Part shown: positions 23,837-35,249 of the stretch, one piece after another
How positions within the stretch are numbered: position 1 is the stretch's first letter
How the letters are laid out: every line of letters starts with the position of its first letter
From: a plasmid
Length of the DNA: 64,000 nt
Direction: 5' to 3' (one strand)
Sequence record: NZ_LC586267.2
The notes under the pieces: generated by a model
Databases searched by the model: none
Told to the model about the DNA's origin: nothing
The model's input: the letters and a program-made list of their open reading frames with translations, nothing else
Program-made: the position numbers and the translations under genes

Positions 23837-25128
23837 TCAGTTGATGAAGGTAACGCCGCCGCTTTCGGCGCGTTCGGCCTGCTTGGCGAATGCCTTGGTA
23901 AAGTCCAGGTCGCGCTGCAGATAAATCACGACACGCGAGCCATGCGGGACAGTCACGGTCGGCTGAATGTTGGCGTAGCGGCCCAAAATGGTCTGTGCCG
24001 AATCGGCGGCGGCTTCCTGTACTTCGCTGCGGTAGCGGGACGAGGAATTCTCCTGATCGCTCGACGAAACACCGCTGTTCGAGGCCCCGGCGCCGATGAT
24101 CGATACCGCAGCCGCGACACCGAAAATCTGCGCCCAGTGGTTGTCGACCACGCCACCCTGGCCAGCGGTACCCAACTGGTCGGTACCGGCACTGTTGAGC
24201 GGGATTTCCATCGGAGGGCGCCCGTCCAGGCGCGGGATTCGCACAAAGTTCCAGATGGTAAACAAGCGCTCTTGGCCCGGCTTCAAGCTGGCGTTGTAGC
24301 TCCCACACACCAAGGAACCCCACGGGAGCATTACCCGGCGCCCTTCGGCGGCGTATACATCCTGTGCAATCGACGCGCAGATTTGACCAGGCAGTTGGCT
24401 TTGAGCGCGGGGCTGCAGGGTTGCCTCGATGACAGCCCCTGCAGCACTTTGTATCCCAGGTTCTCCATCACACGGGCTTCGGTGAACGGCACGCTATCGC
24501 TGTAGGTAGACGCGGCGAAAGCATCGTTTGCATTCATCGGGCCTTGTGAAGAACGACCACCGCCACCCAGTAGAGAGCCACCGTTGGCCTGCTGGCCATC
24601 GGCGCCCTGCCCTGCCCCTTGGTCAAAACCTTCGTCTTTGGCCGTCGCGAAAATGGCCGAGCGCTGCCGTGCCGCGAGCATTTTCTCCCGCTCCAGTTGG
24701 GCCTGCATTTCCAGCTGCTGCCGGCGTCGTTCTTCATCGCTCACGGCGCGTTGCTGCTGCCGGTCAACGACCGAACGTGGCGTATCTGCCGGCGCGCCCG
24801 GCTCATTGCTCACCGGCGCGACCTTCGCAGCCTCCCGACGAGGTGGCGGATCCATCACTTTGCGCGGGCTGGCCGCGACCAGTTCTTCTTTTTTCAGCGT
24901 GTCTTTATTTTCGGTTTCGTCATCGCCATGGGTAACCATGTACGCGAAGCCACAGGCGACCACTGCGGCTACCGCAATGGCAATACCACTGCGCTTGCTG
25001 TTGCCTGCCTTGCCCTTGAGCATCGAGTTGGACTCGTTCCACTCGCGGATCTCTTCGTCACGGGTCTTTTCTTGAGGTTGAGTAGGTTCGGTGGCCATCT
25101 TTATGCCCCCCGCCGTCACGGGCACCAC
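23837..25128 (-). CDS. virB10: VirB10/TrwE; frameshift near 24440-24470
   Basis: N-terminal TM and Pro-rich region (24331..25128); C-terminal conserved ...DVY...MLPWGSLV...DNHW... in ORF 23837..24331. Confidence 0.85.
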
Positions 25129-25885
25129 GGGTTACGGTGCGCTTGTAGGGATTGGCCAGGTTTTCAACGCAGACGTAGGCATTACCACTGCGCAAGACGA
25201 ACATGCTGGCCAGGCGCTTGACGACCATGTACTCACCTTCACGGCGAGCATCGACCATCGCCTCGGTACCATCCGGCAGTACGCGGTAGAACTGCGGCAG
25301 ATCGGCGCCTTTCTTGATCAGGAACTTGGTGAACTGACCGTCGTCCATCACGCCCTGCACGCCGATGGCTTCCTTGTCCCCCGAGTAGCCGTAATTGATG
25401 TTCGGCGATGCCGGAGTGCCCGAGCTGGTGACCGGGGTACTGCCAGCAGGGGTTTCCCCCTCGGGGTTGTACGAGGTGATGCGAGCGTTCGGGTAAACGA
25501 ATCGCACCAGGTACGACTGGCCCGACTTGACCTTGGTGCTGTTCAGCTGGAAGTAGTAGGTACGCTTGGAGGTGATCACCGTCATGTTGGTGTCGGCGTT
25601 GTCTTCTACCGGCTTGAGAAACACACGGTTGCGAAATGGCATGCTCTGCCAGGCGATGGTGTCGCCCAGGGCCACGACCTTCACCATTTCATCAGCTTCA
25701 AACTCGATGGAAGTCTGGTAGCCATAAGTGCCCACCAACTCATAAACCTGGTTGGGATCGTACGGCACTTGTTTTACGCGATTATCACTGGAAAGCGGCT
25801 TCGGCAACTTTGCGGCATGGGTGCTAAATGCGCAAAGAGACAAACTCAAAGCAATAGCAGTCGGCAAAACAAACTGTTTTTTCAT
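25058..25885 (-). CDS. virB9: VirB9/TrwF
   Basis: 275 aa with signal peptide; conserved VirB9 N- and C-domains. Confidence 0.85.
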   Translation of the reverse strand: MKKQFVLPTAIALSLSLCAFSTHAAKLPKPLSSDNRVKQVPYDPNQVYELVGTYGYQTSIEFEADEMVKVVALGDTIAWQSMPFRNRVFLKPVEDNADTNMTVITSKRTYYFQLNSTKVKSGQSYLVRFVYPNARITSYNPEGETPAGSTPVTSSGTPASPNINYGYSGDKEAIGVQGVMDDGQFTKFLIKKGADLPQFYRVLPDGTEAMVDARREGEYMVVKRLASMFVLRSGNAYVCVENLANPYKRTVTRGARDGGGHKDGHRTYSTSRKDP

Positions 25886-25912
25886 GATTAGTTTCCTTGT
25901 CAGTTCAGCGAA

Positions 25913-26587
25913 TTACCGGCGGCTCAGTTCTTCGCTCTTGCGATACACAGTGGCCAGCGTGCCAAAAGGGTTTTCCCAGCGATCCCCAAGGGCACGGGGT
26001 ACCAAAGTATGCGCAATCTTGATGGTTGCAAGGTAACGACGTTCAACCGGTTCCTTGTCACCCCATTTATGGGTAATTGACTTGAAGGAAACTTGGTATT
26101 CATCGCCAACTTTATTCATCAAGTACGGCTGCCCTTCGATCCAATCGTTTTCACCCAGCAGAACATAGGGGTTCTGCGGGTTTTCCGGGTTGGTGACTTC
26201 CTCATACTCCCGGGCAACTTGCTGCGTCTGGTAGGTATGGCAGGTATCGGACAACTGCTGCTTACGTTTGGGGTCAAAGGTTTCACATGCGCGGATCATG
26301 TCGAATAGGGTTTTCTCGATGATCGCTTGTTCCTGATCAACTTTGTCCTGGTCGATGACGCGCTGTTTCAGGACCTCGCCGTCAGCTCCTAGTACCGTGA
26401 CGACCGGAATGTAGGTCTTGGAATTCGCCAAGCTTGCCACGGCGAATCCAAGGCCCAAGATCACAGCTGCCTGCACCCCCTGGAAAAACAGCGAACGGTT
26501 ACGCTCTTGGCGAGTCTTGTTGCCCTCGACTTCACGCTTACGACGGGCTTTTTCAGCCTTATCAAATTGCTTGTCTTGTTTGTCCAT
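25913..26587 (-). CDS. virB8: VirB8/TrwG
   Basis: 224 aa bitopic protein, single N-proximal TM, NTF2-like C domain. Confidence 0.8.
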   Translation of the reverse strand: MDKQDKQFDKAEKARRKREVEGNKTRQERNRSLFFQGVQAAVILGLGFAVASLANSKTYIPVVTVLGADGEVLKQRVIDQDKVDQEQAIIEKTLFDMIRACETFDPKRKQQLSDTCHTYQTQQVAREYEEVTNPENPQNPYVLLGENDWIEGQPYLMNKVGDEYQVSFKSITHKWGDKEPVERRYLATIKIAHTLVPRALGDRWENPFGTLATVYRKSEELSRR

Positions 26588-27450
26588 TATTTACGAACCC
26601 CTAAAGTACGCAGTGCCATCAGCACCAGCGATGAACCACCAACAGCCGCGCCCGATGACAATGCTGCTGCCCAACCGCGCACCTGCAGCATGCAAATGAT
26701 CATGACACCCTCAACAATCACCAACTGGCCCCATTGCTGCGCAGTGATCAGGGCGGCATCTGTAACAGTTGCCGTTGCGGCCACTTCTTTGATTGCATCC
26801 CCGAACACGGAATAACCAAAACGGACAACAGCAATCGACAGGATGTAGATCAATGAGAAGTTCAGCATCTTGCTAAACCAGTTCATTGCCCACTGGCGCA
26901 CCGCATCAAAGAAGATAAAGCCAATCATGATCGGTAGTATCGCCATGACGATTGCTGCACCAAACTTGGCAATCAGCATGTTCAGCACAGCCGCGATAAA
27001 CAGGATGCAGTTCAGCACAAACAGGCCGGTCCCCATCAAGATCATCGCTGCCTGCCGCCAGCTGACATTCATCAGCGTACTGGCGACCTTGCCAATATCG
27101 ACGTAAAGCGCATCGAGCATGGAGTTCGTGCTTACGCCGCCGCTCATGATCTTTGACGCGATACTTTCGGTCCAAGCGCCCCAGGCCTGATAAAGAACCG
27201 TCCCGCCTGCGGACCAGTTCAGGCAGGTAAACACCAGGGCGGTCAACATGGCCCGCTTGACGATATCCCAGCCTTTGACTGAAACATGGCCGTTGTACAT
27301 CTGCAGACCCAAAGCGACCCAGTAGCCCACCGCCAGAGTCCATACCAGCGGCTCTACCATGCTGGCCAGGTTGGGGAAGACCTCACTGACAAAGGAAGTG
27401 GTTACTTCATCAGTGGCCCCAACCAGGCCTTGTAACGTCAGCTGCGCCAT
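26587..27450 (-). CDS. virB6: VirB6/TrwI polytopic membrane protein
   Basis: 287 aa with 5-6 TM helices. Confidence 0.8.
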   Translation of the reverse strand: MAQLTLQGLVGATDEVTTSFVSEVFPNLASMVEPLVWTLAVGYWVALGLQMYNGHVSVKGWDIVKRAMLTALVFTCLNWSAGGTVLYQAWGAWTESIASKIMSGGVSTNSMLDALYVDIGKVASTLMNVSWRQAAMILMGTGLFVLNCILFIAAVLNMLIAKFGAAIVMAILPIMIGFIFFDAVRQWAMNWFSKMLNFSLIYILSIAVVRFGYSVFGDAIKEVAATATVTDAALITAQQWGQLVIVEGVMIICMLQVRGWAAALSSGAAVGGSSLVLMALRTLGVRK

Positions 27451-27830
27451 GGATTCCCGGCCCCGTATACGGTCTTGAAGTGGGAGATCACTTCGGGCGA
27501 CCGGAAGTCCTCAGCACTCAAGGCAGCTCCGGTTTGGGCCTTGATCTCCTGCGCGGTTTTGTCGATGCAGCCTTTCACCAGACCGCCGTTGTACGACGGG
27601 TTTTGCATGTAGATCTCGGCAAAGCAGGTGCCAGGGAACCAGCCTGCTACATCGTCTTTGGTTGCTTTCAGCAAAGGATTGCCGGTTTGCACCTCGACTA
27701 CCGGCGCCGCTTCGTCCTCCGGCGTAGAGCTGAAATTGATGTTGGTGACATTGACGTAGATGATCGACGCCGCCGCAAAGCCGACCACGCCCACGCAGAT
27801 GATGTTGGTCAGGGTGAAGAACTTACGCAT
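27438..27830 (-). CDS. Exported/membrane-anchored protein between virB5 and virB6 (entry-exclusion-like?)
   Basis: About 130 aa from MRKFFTLTNIICVGVVGFAAASIIYV; ORF track extends to 27962. Confidence 0.35.
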   Translation of the reverse strand: MRKFFTLTNIICVGVVGFAAASIIYVNVTNINFSSTPEDEAAPVVEVQTGNPLLKATKDDVAGWFPGTCFAEIYMQNPSYNGGLVKGCIDKTAQEIKAQTGAALSAEDFRSPEVISHFKTVYGAGNPWRS

Positions 27831-28035
27831 TGCGGGACTCCTTGTGCTGGATGACAAATGGGGTGAATTCACAGGCGCATGGCGACTTGTCGATGGTGCC
27901 GCTGTTGGTAACGCAACCCGAGGCGGCAGACACCAGCACCAGGACCAGCAGGAACTTGCCAAGCTTCCAGGTCAGCCAGAGCGGCCCCCAAGCCGGGAAG
28001 GTGATTACCTTGAGGATCAGCCAGAGCGCATTCAT
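27823..28035 (-). CDS. Small lipoprotein (VirB7-like?)
   Basis: 70 aa; lipobox LVSAASGC; operator TTCTCGCATGCGAGAA immediately upstream. Confidence 0.4.
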   Translation of the reverse strand: MNALWLILKVITFPAWGPLWLTWKLGKFLLVLVLVSAASGCVTNSGTIDKSPCACEFTPFVIQHKESRNA

Positions 28036-28061
28036 AGGGTTCTCCTTCTCGCATGCGAGAA

Positions 28062-28754
28062 TCAGTTTTCGTCTTTCCAGCGGAAGAACTGTTCGTTCTG
28101 TGCCGTAGCCTGGTTTTCCTGGTTGGCCAGGTTCGCTTGCAGGTTCATGTTCAGGGCCTGCAGCTTCGATTGGGCCGAGGTCAACATGCCGTTTTCAGTG
28201 GCGATGCGGTTCTGCAGGTCGGCAGCATCCTTGGCGTTGGTCGTCAGGTCCACTTGCTGGGACAGGGTGGCCAAGTTGTTCAGATGGACCTGCACTTCGC
28301 TGTAAAGCGCATCACCTGCGGACAGCGCAGCCACAACCGAGTTAGAACTGAGCTGGTAGTCCTTGGCACGATTGCTTTCCGGTGCGGTGAACAGCTCCTG
28401 CGGCAACGTGTTGATCAACTGCTCGTAGTAGCTCTGCTTGCTTCCGTAAGCGCCGCTGTTCTGCCGAGACACCACCTCTTGCCAAGAGCCAGGTACGACC
28501 GAGGCCGAGTTAATCGACTCGTTCAGGCCAATCGCGCCACGACCGTAAGCACCCTGCAGGTTGTTCAGGATGTTGCCCTGCGTCTCGTACTGGTCTTTCA
28601 GCGTCTGGTACTGCTGCTGCAGCACAGCCAGGTTCTGCGCCAGAGCCGCCCAGGTGCCGGCGTCACCAGTCGGCACACCGACTGCGTGCGCTTGGCCACT
28701 AATGGCCATGGATACGGCGACTGCCAAGCCGAGTTTCTTGATAGTTGTCATCAT
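28062..28754 (-). CDS. virB5: VirB5/TrwJ minor pilus subunit
   Basis: 230 aa; signal peptide, coiled-coil-rich. Confidence 0.75.
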   Translation of the reverse strand: MMTTIKKLGLAVAVSMAISGQAHAVGVPTGDAGTWAALAQNLAVLQQQYQTLKDQYETQGNILNNLQGAYGRGAIGLNESINSASVVPGSWQEVVSRQNSGAYGSKQSYYEQLINTLPQELFTAPESNRAKDYQLSSNSVVAALSAGDALYSEVQVHLNNLATLSQQVDLTTNAKDAADLQNRIATENGMLTSAQSKLQALNMNLQANLANQENQATAQNEQFFRWKDEN

Positions 28755-31430
28755 CGAACCGCCTTCAAGTTGTGGGTGTTTTTGGCCTTGGCTTCCTGCA
28801 TGAACACAGGTACCCAGACCGCTGGATCGTCGGTGCCAAGGCGCTCGATGATCTGATCCATCAGGGCGACACCAACGTCATTCGAGGACAGGACCGGGAT
28901 AAAGTCGGACAGGTCCTCATCAGGGTTATCCGACGAGAGATCGAAACAAGCCCGCACCGATTCCCGACCACGACGGATCAAGAATTTGTGTTCCTTCGGG
29001 TTGAGCTTGCGTAGCCATTCCCGCTCGGCCACCGTCAGGTTTTCATGGTCTTCATCTTTCACCTGGTCGCTGGCCAGGTAGATCTTGGTGACGGTCTGCT
29101 TATCGATGGAGTCCGTTTCGCTGCGGAAATACTTGGCATCCGGCGTCACGAAGATAATCAGCCCGTTCTTACGGCGGATCTGCATGATGAAGTTGTCGAT
29201 TTTCTTGCGCCAAAACTCGTTCTTGACCAGGTTCTGGCCTTCTTCCAGCACCAGGATGAACGGGCGGCCATTCATGGCCTGCTCGATCCGATGCAGCGGG
29301 TAGCTCATCACGACAGGCAGCTCGGGACGGGCTTCCCTTGAGCAGCTCCATCATTTCAAAGCAGTAGTGCCGCGCTTGCGAGAAGTCGATGGAGTCCTCG
29401 GCATTGTCGAACACACCCGCATTAGCGCCGGTAACACCTTTGGCGCCATGCCAGATGGCCATAATGTCGGCCAGCTCGCCCTGGCCGTAGGTCCAGACCA
29501 CATTACGCAGGCGGCGATCAGCAAGCGGCAGACCGTAGTTCTCCTCCACTGCTGCCTTGAACCGGGTAATGTCTTCGGCACTGGTCGGCGTCGAGGCGTA
29601 GCACTCGCGCATCTGTACTTGCCAATCAACCAGGTACGCACGGTTCTCCGGCGTATCGGGCAGCTTGAGCGGGTTCCAGCGCATGTTGCTGTGCGGGGAA
29701 AGTGTGGTGTGAACGCCGCCCATAGCCTTCATGAACACCTTTGCCCCAAAGCGGTTGTCGAACCAGAACACCAGCGGCTCAGCCTTGTCTGCCTCGGAAA
29801 CCAGCAGGGTCAGCAGCGTGGTTTTACCCATGCCGGTATCAGCCGCCATGCCTAAGTGGCCCGCTACCATGCCTTCCATTTCACGGTGGAAATTGAAGTT
29901 GTATTGCGTGTAGCTCTCCGTCTCAAAGGCGGTGATCGCAGGCCCCCACAGGTTGCCATCGCGACGGCCCCGGGCGTAGTTGTGCAAGGATGCAAACCCG
30001 GCGAAGTTGCTGGACTTGATCTTGCCGCGTCGACCGATCAGCGCTTCTTTCTGGCCCGGTAGTTGCGACCAGAAGAAGGTTTCCAGAGCGAACCATTCAC
30101 GCACTGGCTTGACCAGCATTTCAACGAAGCAACCTTCCACCAGGCCAACCGCATGATCCAGGCGCTTGCGGTTGATCTCCCGGTTTGCCTCGGTAGTCAT
30201 CGGCAGCGATGGCACATGCACGAAAATGGTCAGGTGATGCGCACCATTGACCGCATTGCCACGGCGGAGGTCGCTGATACCTTGTTTCAGTTCCTTCTGG
30301 TCGTCCTCAGAAATGTTGTGCTTGTCGTCCACGGTCATGCGACGGGTTTCATCCAGCATCCCCTGCTCAGCCTCAATCCGGTTCTGGAAGGTGAACGACT
30401 GGGTGATGATGAACTCCACCGGCTGCTGCAGGAACTTGTCGAGCATGCGCGACGGTGTACGGCGCGGCCATTCGCCCATGCTTAGCATCGCGCCGATTTT
30501 CGACTCGGTGCTGCCACGGATCTCGCACATGTTGGCCAGGACCCGGAAATTCAGCCGGGCGTATGGCAGCGACTCTCTGATCAGCAGGTCCGATACGGGC
30601 ACCTTGCGGTTGTCGAGGTTGATCAGGTAGTTGAAGAAACTGCTCAGCTCGCAGAATTCCTCACCCAGGAAGTCATGCACGGCTTCCGCTTCGTAGACTT
30701 CGTGATCACCAACCGTTGCCTTGAAGTCATGCCACTGCAGCTGGAAACGCTGCACGGCGTTGAACGCAGTTTCACGATCAATACGGCCCATACGCGGCTC
30801 AGGATGACGCTGCACCCGTAGCCGGCGAGTACCGTAGTCAGCCAGGCTACGCAGCACCAGGTTGGAGGCCTTGTAGAGCGAGTCGGCCATCGCATCCAGC
30901 GATTCCGCTTCATTCTTAGTGGCCTCGGTACCGGTCATCAGCGCGATAGCCCGATCCATCAGACCTGGCATACCCGCACGAAAACGCCTTCTTACCAACG
31001 AAATGTAGATGTCGTTGATGTAGAAACCACGGCTCTCGTAGCGCTGGCGAAGACGCTTGTTGAACTGCTGGGAGAACCAGGTACCGCCTACGCCATCAGG
31101 AAAGTCGGTCACCTTGCGGCGCACGAACGTGACGTAGACAGTCAGGTCACTGCTTGCGATGGTGCGGAACACAGTGTTGCGCTGCTGCTCGAAGCGCTTG
31201 ATCTGCTCGGCGGAAAGCGAGTCGAACAAGAGGCCGTCCACTTTGATGACTTGAACCAGCGCTTCCTCGCTGGTGATAACGGTTTCGTCATCGTAGTGAA
31301 CGTCATACGGCACCATTGCGCTCACCAGCATTTCATCATCATCCAATGCCGCAGCTTCTGGATGCTGAACGCCAAGCGAAAGATCCATATTTCGCGTCAG
31401 CTTTTTGAATGCTTTATCAACGAGGCGCAT
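28751..31430 (-). CDS. virB4: VirB4/TrwK ATPase; frameshift near 29335
   Basis: ORF 29169..31430 carries Walker A GMAADTGMGKTT; ORF 28751..29311 carries Walker B RPFILVLEEGQNL. Confidence 0.9.
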
Positions 31431-31713
31431 AACTGCGATACCCCCAAAGTTTGCGTAACCGCGATGCCTTCAAGTTACTTGCTGCCTGTAGAACTCCGAA
31501 TAGATATACGTCTTTACTGCATATCCAATACGAAATGACAAACAAGACTGGGATAAGACCCAACGGGTACAGTGATCGAATCAACAGTGCTAACAGCACG
31601 GGTGCTATCAGACTTATAAGAATGCTCGACAATGTGAATGGTCCGACCATTGAAGGCCGGGCCATTGCCAATACGAGCACTTCACCTTCTTCAAGGTCGT
31701 CGTACTCGGCCAT
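31417..31713 (-). CDS. virB3: VirB3/TrwM
   Basis: 98 aa; overlaps virB4 start. Confidence 0.8.
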   Translation of the reverse strand: MAEYDDLEEGEVLVLAMARPSMVGPFTLSSILISLIAPVLLALLIRSLYPLGLIPVLFVISYWICSKDVYLFGVLQAASNLKASRLRKLWGYRSYAPR

Positions 31714-31721
31714 CGCTTACC

Positions 31722-32045
31722 TCACTTCAGTGCGGTTTGCGCACCGGTTTTGATGGTATCGACCAGGTTTGGCGAGAAGAACACCAGGAACACGCCGGCA
31801 ACAGCCCAGCCGAACTGGCCCCACGACATGCGCCCCGACTTGGCCTGGAAGCCGCAGAACGCAATGGCTGCGATGCCCAGGTAGTAGCCGATATCAAAGA
31901 TGAGGAAGGACACTACGTCCTTGGCCAGGTTTTTCAGGCCGCTGAAATCCATTGCCGCGTTGGCGATTTCAGGGAGGATTGCGAAGGAGAACAGCGACCC
32001 CAACACTGCGATCTTGGTGGCCTTGGCCATCCAGTCATCGCGCAT
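31722..32045 (-). CDS. virB2: VirB2/TrwL pilin
   Basis: About 107 aa from MRDDWMAKATKIAVLGSLFSFAILPEIANA signal, two hydrophobic helices; ORF track extends to 32183. Confidence 0.7.
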   Translation of the reverse strand: MRDDWMAKATKIAVLGSLFSFAILPEIANAAMDFSGLKNLAKDVVSFLIFDIGYYLGIAAIAFCGFQAKSGRMSWGQFGWAVAGVFLVFFSPNLVDTIKTGAQTALK

Positions 32046-32199
32046 CAATGCCTTGTGCGATGGAGTCTTTTGCGAGAGAACTTGTTTCAGAGTTGCAGTG
32101 GCTTTGTCCTTGAGCCAGGTCCGCCAGGTTTGTTTGTCGTTGATACCTACGTTGCGTTGAGTTTTGCGAGCAGAGAGTTGCATACCATTGCCTCTTTGA

Positions 32200-32547
32200 T
32201 CATGACGGGGAACCCCCGTACGTTACGGTTATTGCCTTATTAGGATTGTTAGGGCAGGTATCCTTTATGAAGTCGATAGCAGTATCGGCATTCTTAAATA
32301 ACCGTGTTTTCCCTAACGAGGTTACTACGTTGAAGCGTTGTCCCGTTGAAGGGCTCTCAATGATTAATTCCCATTTCCGACCGTCGCTATCCTGCCTTTC
32401 ATTAAGGATCACTCGGTAATCCGGCTGGGCGACGGCGAAAACCGCCAGATCTTTCTTCTCTAGGCTCTGCATCTCTTCCCCTGGGCAGCTCTTGGCCAAA
32501 TACAGGGGCGATACTGGAGTCCTCTTCGATTTTGTTCTAGATCCCAC
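32200..32547 (-). CDS. Hypothetical small protein upstream of virB2
   Basis: 115-aa ORF; first gene downstream of the intergenic region with two palindromic operators. Confidence 0.3.
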   Translation of the reverse strand: MGSRTKSKRTPVSPLYLAKSCPGEEMQSLEKKDLAVFAVAQPDYRVILNERQDSDGRKWELIIESPSTGQRFNVVTSLGKTRLFKNADTAIDFIKDTCPNNPNKAITVTYGGSPS

Positions 32548-33186
32548 CTCGCATTTCTTCCCTCTTTCGAGTTTTGATCCATGAAATCCGTGTTTCGTGG
32601 TTTAAGATATGCCTTTCATTTCACGAAATCAATGTTTCACTGTGAGAAATATCGGATCCATCACATTCGGCGACGAACGGCCAAGCCCCTGGCTAACGCC
32701 TGGTAAGGGTGTGATTTGAATAGGTCTTTGATTTGAAAAGGAAATATCCATATTTCTGGCATCTGCAATGCACGGACGCCGGCTTCGTGCCGGGTAACAA
32801 GGTGTTTCGGGGATGAGACACCTCGCGCAGAAGACAACGAGAAATAGGTTTTGCTCAGATTGCCCGACGAACGGTCTAGGACGAGCTTTGGAGGGTGGTC
32901 AGGTGGCAGCTGGGAGCCGCCCCGAACTGCCACCCTGGCCAACAGGATCTGTACGCAAGGAAACCATCCCGTACGACACATGTTGACGTGCGCGCAGTGT
33001 AGCAACTCCCTTCCCTACCTTTCTCGCATGCGAGAAAGCCACAGCGCTGATCCGTGACCCTTATCAATTTCCCGCATGCGAGAAAATCTAGTAAACCCTT
33101 TTTAGGGGTTGACTATGGGGTTTACTGATGCAAGCATGATCCCACGTTCAATCCACTGCTCCACCGGAGATCATAGGAAGGTCACC

Positions 33187-33870
33187 ATGAAACGCACTGC
33201 CGTTGCGAACCAAAAGGGTGGCGTTGGCAAAACCACCCTTGAAGCCCACCTGGCCTGCTATGCAGCAGAACAAGGTAAACGTGTGCTTGTACTCGACCTG
33301 GACGAAAGCGACCTGTCGCAGTTCTTCCCCCCTATCGAGGATGGCGACGATACGCCCTACCTCATGGCCAGTCAGCTTTTCACTGACGAGCACGCCGGCT
33401 TCGTCCCCCGCCAGGTTGCGCCCAACATCTGGCTTATCGAGGCCGACGTAGCGCTGCTGGATGTGGATGATATGGAGCTGGACGTTGTAACCAATCTCGC
33501 CAAGGCTCTGGACCGCTTCAATGACGAGTTCGACCTTTGCTTGATCGATACTCCGCCGAACCTGCAGCGCCGCATGATTGCCGCCCTAGCGGCTTCTGAT
33601 TCAGTTGTCACTCCGTTCAACATCAGCGCATTCACCCTGGCTCGCATGCCGAAGCTGATGGCCACAATTGAAACTGTGCAGGATCAATACAACCCGGGCC
33701 TGCGTTTCCTAGGTTTCTTGCCGAACCTCATCAATAGCCGCTCAAGCGAAGAACTGGAGATCTTGCCGAGCCTTCGCGAGGAACACGGCGAGGCCATGTT
33801 CAACGAACAAATCACCCACCGCCCCTGCATCAACAAATCTCTGGCAGCCGGCAACCCTGTGTGGCGTTAA
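33187..33870 (+). CDS. parA: ParA partition ATPase
   Basis: KGGVGKTT deviant Walker A at MKRTAVANQKGGVGKTTL; ORF track starts at 33109. Confidence 0.85.
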   Translation: MKRTAVANQKGGVGKTTLEAHLACYAAEQGKRVLVLDLDESDLSQFFPPIEDGDDTPYLMASQLFTDEHAGFVPRQVAPNIWLIEADVALLDVDDMELDVVTNLAKALDRFNDEFDLCLIDTPPNLQRRMIAALAASDSVVTPFNISAFTLARMPKLMATIETVQDQYNPGLRFLGFLPNLINSRSSEELEILPSLREEHGEAMFNEQITHRPCINKSLAAGNPVWR

Positions 33871-33964
33871 GCTCGCAGCGGGAGTCAGCGGGATGCGGGT
33901 AGAGAAATGAAACGGGCCTGCGCAGCGGTGCTTAGCAAGGTCTTTGCGGAGTGAGGATTGAATC

Positions 33965-34902
33965 ATGACGGAGAAGAAAAACTCCTTTGGTCGTGCAGTT
34001 GCGGCGACGGCCAAAAAGCTTTCTGACTTTCAAAAGCGCCCGGCCAATGAAGGTGCGCTGATTGAAAAGGTCAACCCTGGCGAAATCGAGTGTGTGAAGC
34101 AGATCCGTAGCCAAGACAACCCAGGATTCTCTGACGAATCGCTACGGGAACTGGCGGACGACATTCTGGTAAACGGCCAGATCGAACCCTGCGTAATACG
34201 ACCGCACCCAAACCCTGAGTCAGGCTTCAAGTACCTGATGGTTGCCGGTGAACGCCGTTATAGGGCGTGCATCATTGCGGGTGTGCTGGTCGAAGTGACG
34301 GTGAAAGACCTTACCGATGCTCAAGCGAAGCGCATTCAGCGGTCCGAAAACGTTCACAGCGAAAACCTCACTCAGCTGGAACTGGCACTTGCCCTGCAGG
34401 AAGACAAGGACAGGCTCGGCACCCTGGAGAAGGTCGCTGCTGAATGGTCCAAAGGGATCAACTGGGTGGCTGAACGCCTTTCCTATCTGGTGAACGTCAC
34501 CAAGGAAGGCGCAGGCCGCGAGGCGGTCGCTCGTGGCATCACTGCGGATATCTCGACGGTCAACGATATCAGCCGCCTCGATAAACTGGACCCGCAAGCT
34601 GCTGCGGATCTATTGGAGCGCGCAGAGGGCAATGAAGACCTGAATCTGAGGTCCGCACCACATTGCGCAACACCAAAGCCCTCCGCGTACATAACGGCGG
34701 ATCCAAGAAAGGATCCGAAAAAGGCGCACCGGGGAACTCGACCCAGCAAACCCTGCTCGATGACCAGTTGGGCAAACTGCGCGAGGCAAACGCTGTGCTT
34801 TCAGCACAGGTGGAAACGCTCACCTCGGAAAACACCTACCTCAAGGCCGAGTTGGAGAAAGCCCGTGCGCAGCTGGCCGAGCGATGGAAAGGCTCTGAAT
34901 GA
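33965..34902 (+). CDS. parB: ParB partition protein; frameshift near 34650
   Basis: ParB N-domain with GERRYRA motif (33965..); C-terminal coiled coil in ORF 34663..34902. Confidence 0.8.
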
Positions 34903-35249
34903 CCGCCCGGCATCCTGACCAGGACCTGCGGATCCCCCGAGAGGAATTCGAGCGGATCCGCACCAAGTCGAAAATGCACTCACGCAGCCTCGACGTAGCC
35001 TTCGAGATCCTGGTCGAAGGCAAGGGCCTTGTCGCGGTCGCCAATGCGCACGGACTTACCAAGCAGCGCGCCTTGGCCATCCGCGACAAGATCTATTCCA
35101 GTTACCTGACACAGACCCCGGAGGGCTGGCGGTGCGCGCAGATCTGCGCACCTGCCGAAATGATTGATCGCTTCGTGCTGGAGGCCGACGCCGAACGGCT
35201 TCGGTACTGGCAGACACATTCCATGACCACCAAGGACGTTGAACCATGA
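34899..35249 (+). CDS. Putative HTH DNA-binding protein
   Basis: 116 aa; HTH-like VAVANAHGLTKQRALAIRDKI; overlaps parB stop. Confidence 0.4.
   Translation: MTARHPDQDLRIPREEFERIRTKSKMHSRSLDVAFEILVEGKGLVAVANAHGLTKQRALAIRDKIYSSYLTQTPEGWRCAQICAPAEMIDRFVLEADAERLRYWQTHSMTTKDVEP

Noticed and set aside
20342..25891. Plus-strand ORFs antisense to nuc, virB1, virB11, virB10 and virB9 (for example 20342..21361, 22976..24505, 25091..25891)
   Set aside because: Shadow ORFs opposite conserved T4SS genes; low-complexity Ala/Arg/Gly-rich translations.
32661..33005. 114-aa minus-strand ORF in the virB2/parA intergenic region
   Set aside because: It overlaps the operator-containing divergent promoter region and lacks an RBS. 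It was treated as noncoding.
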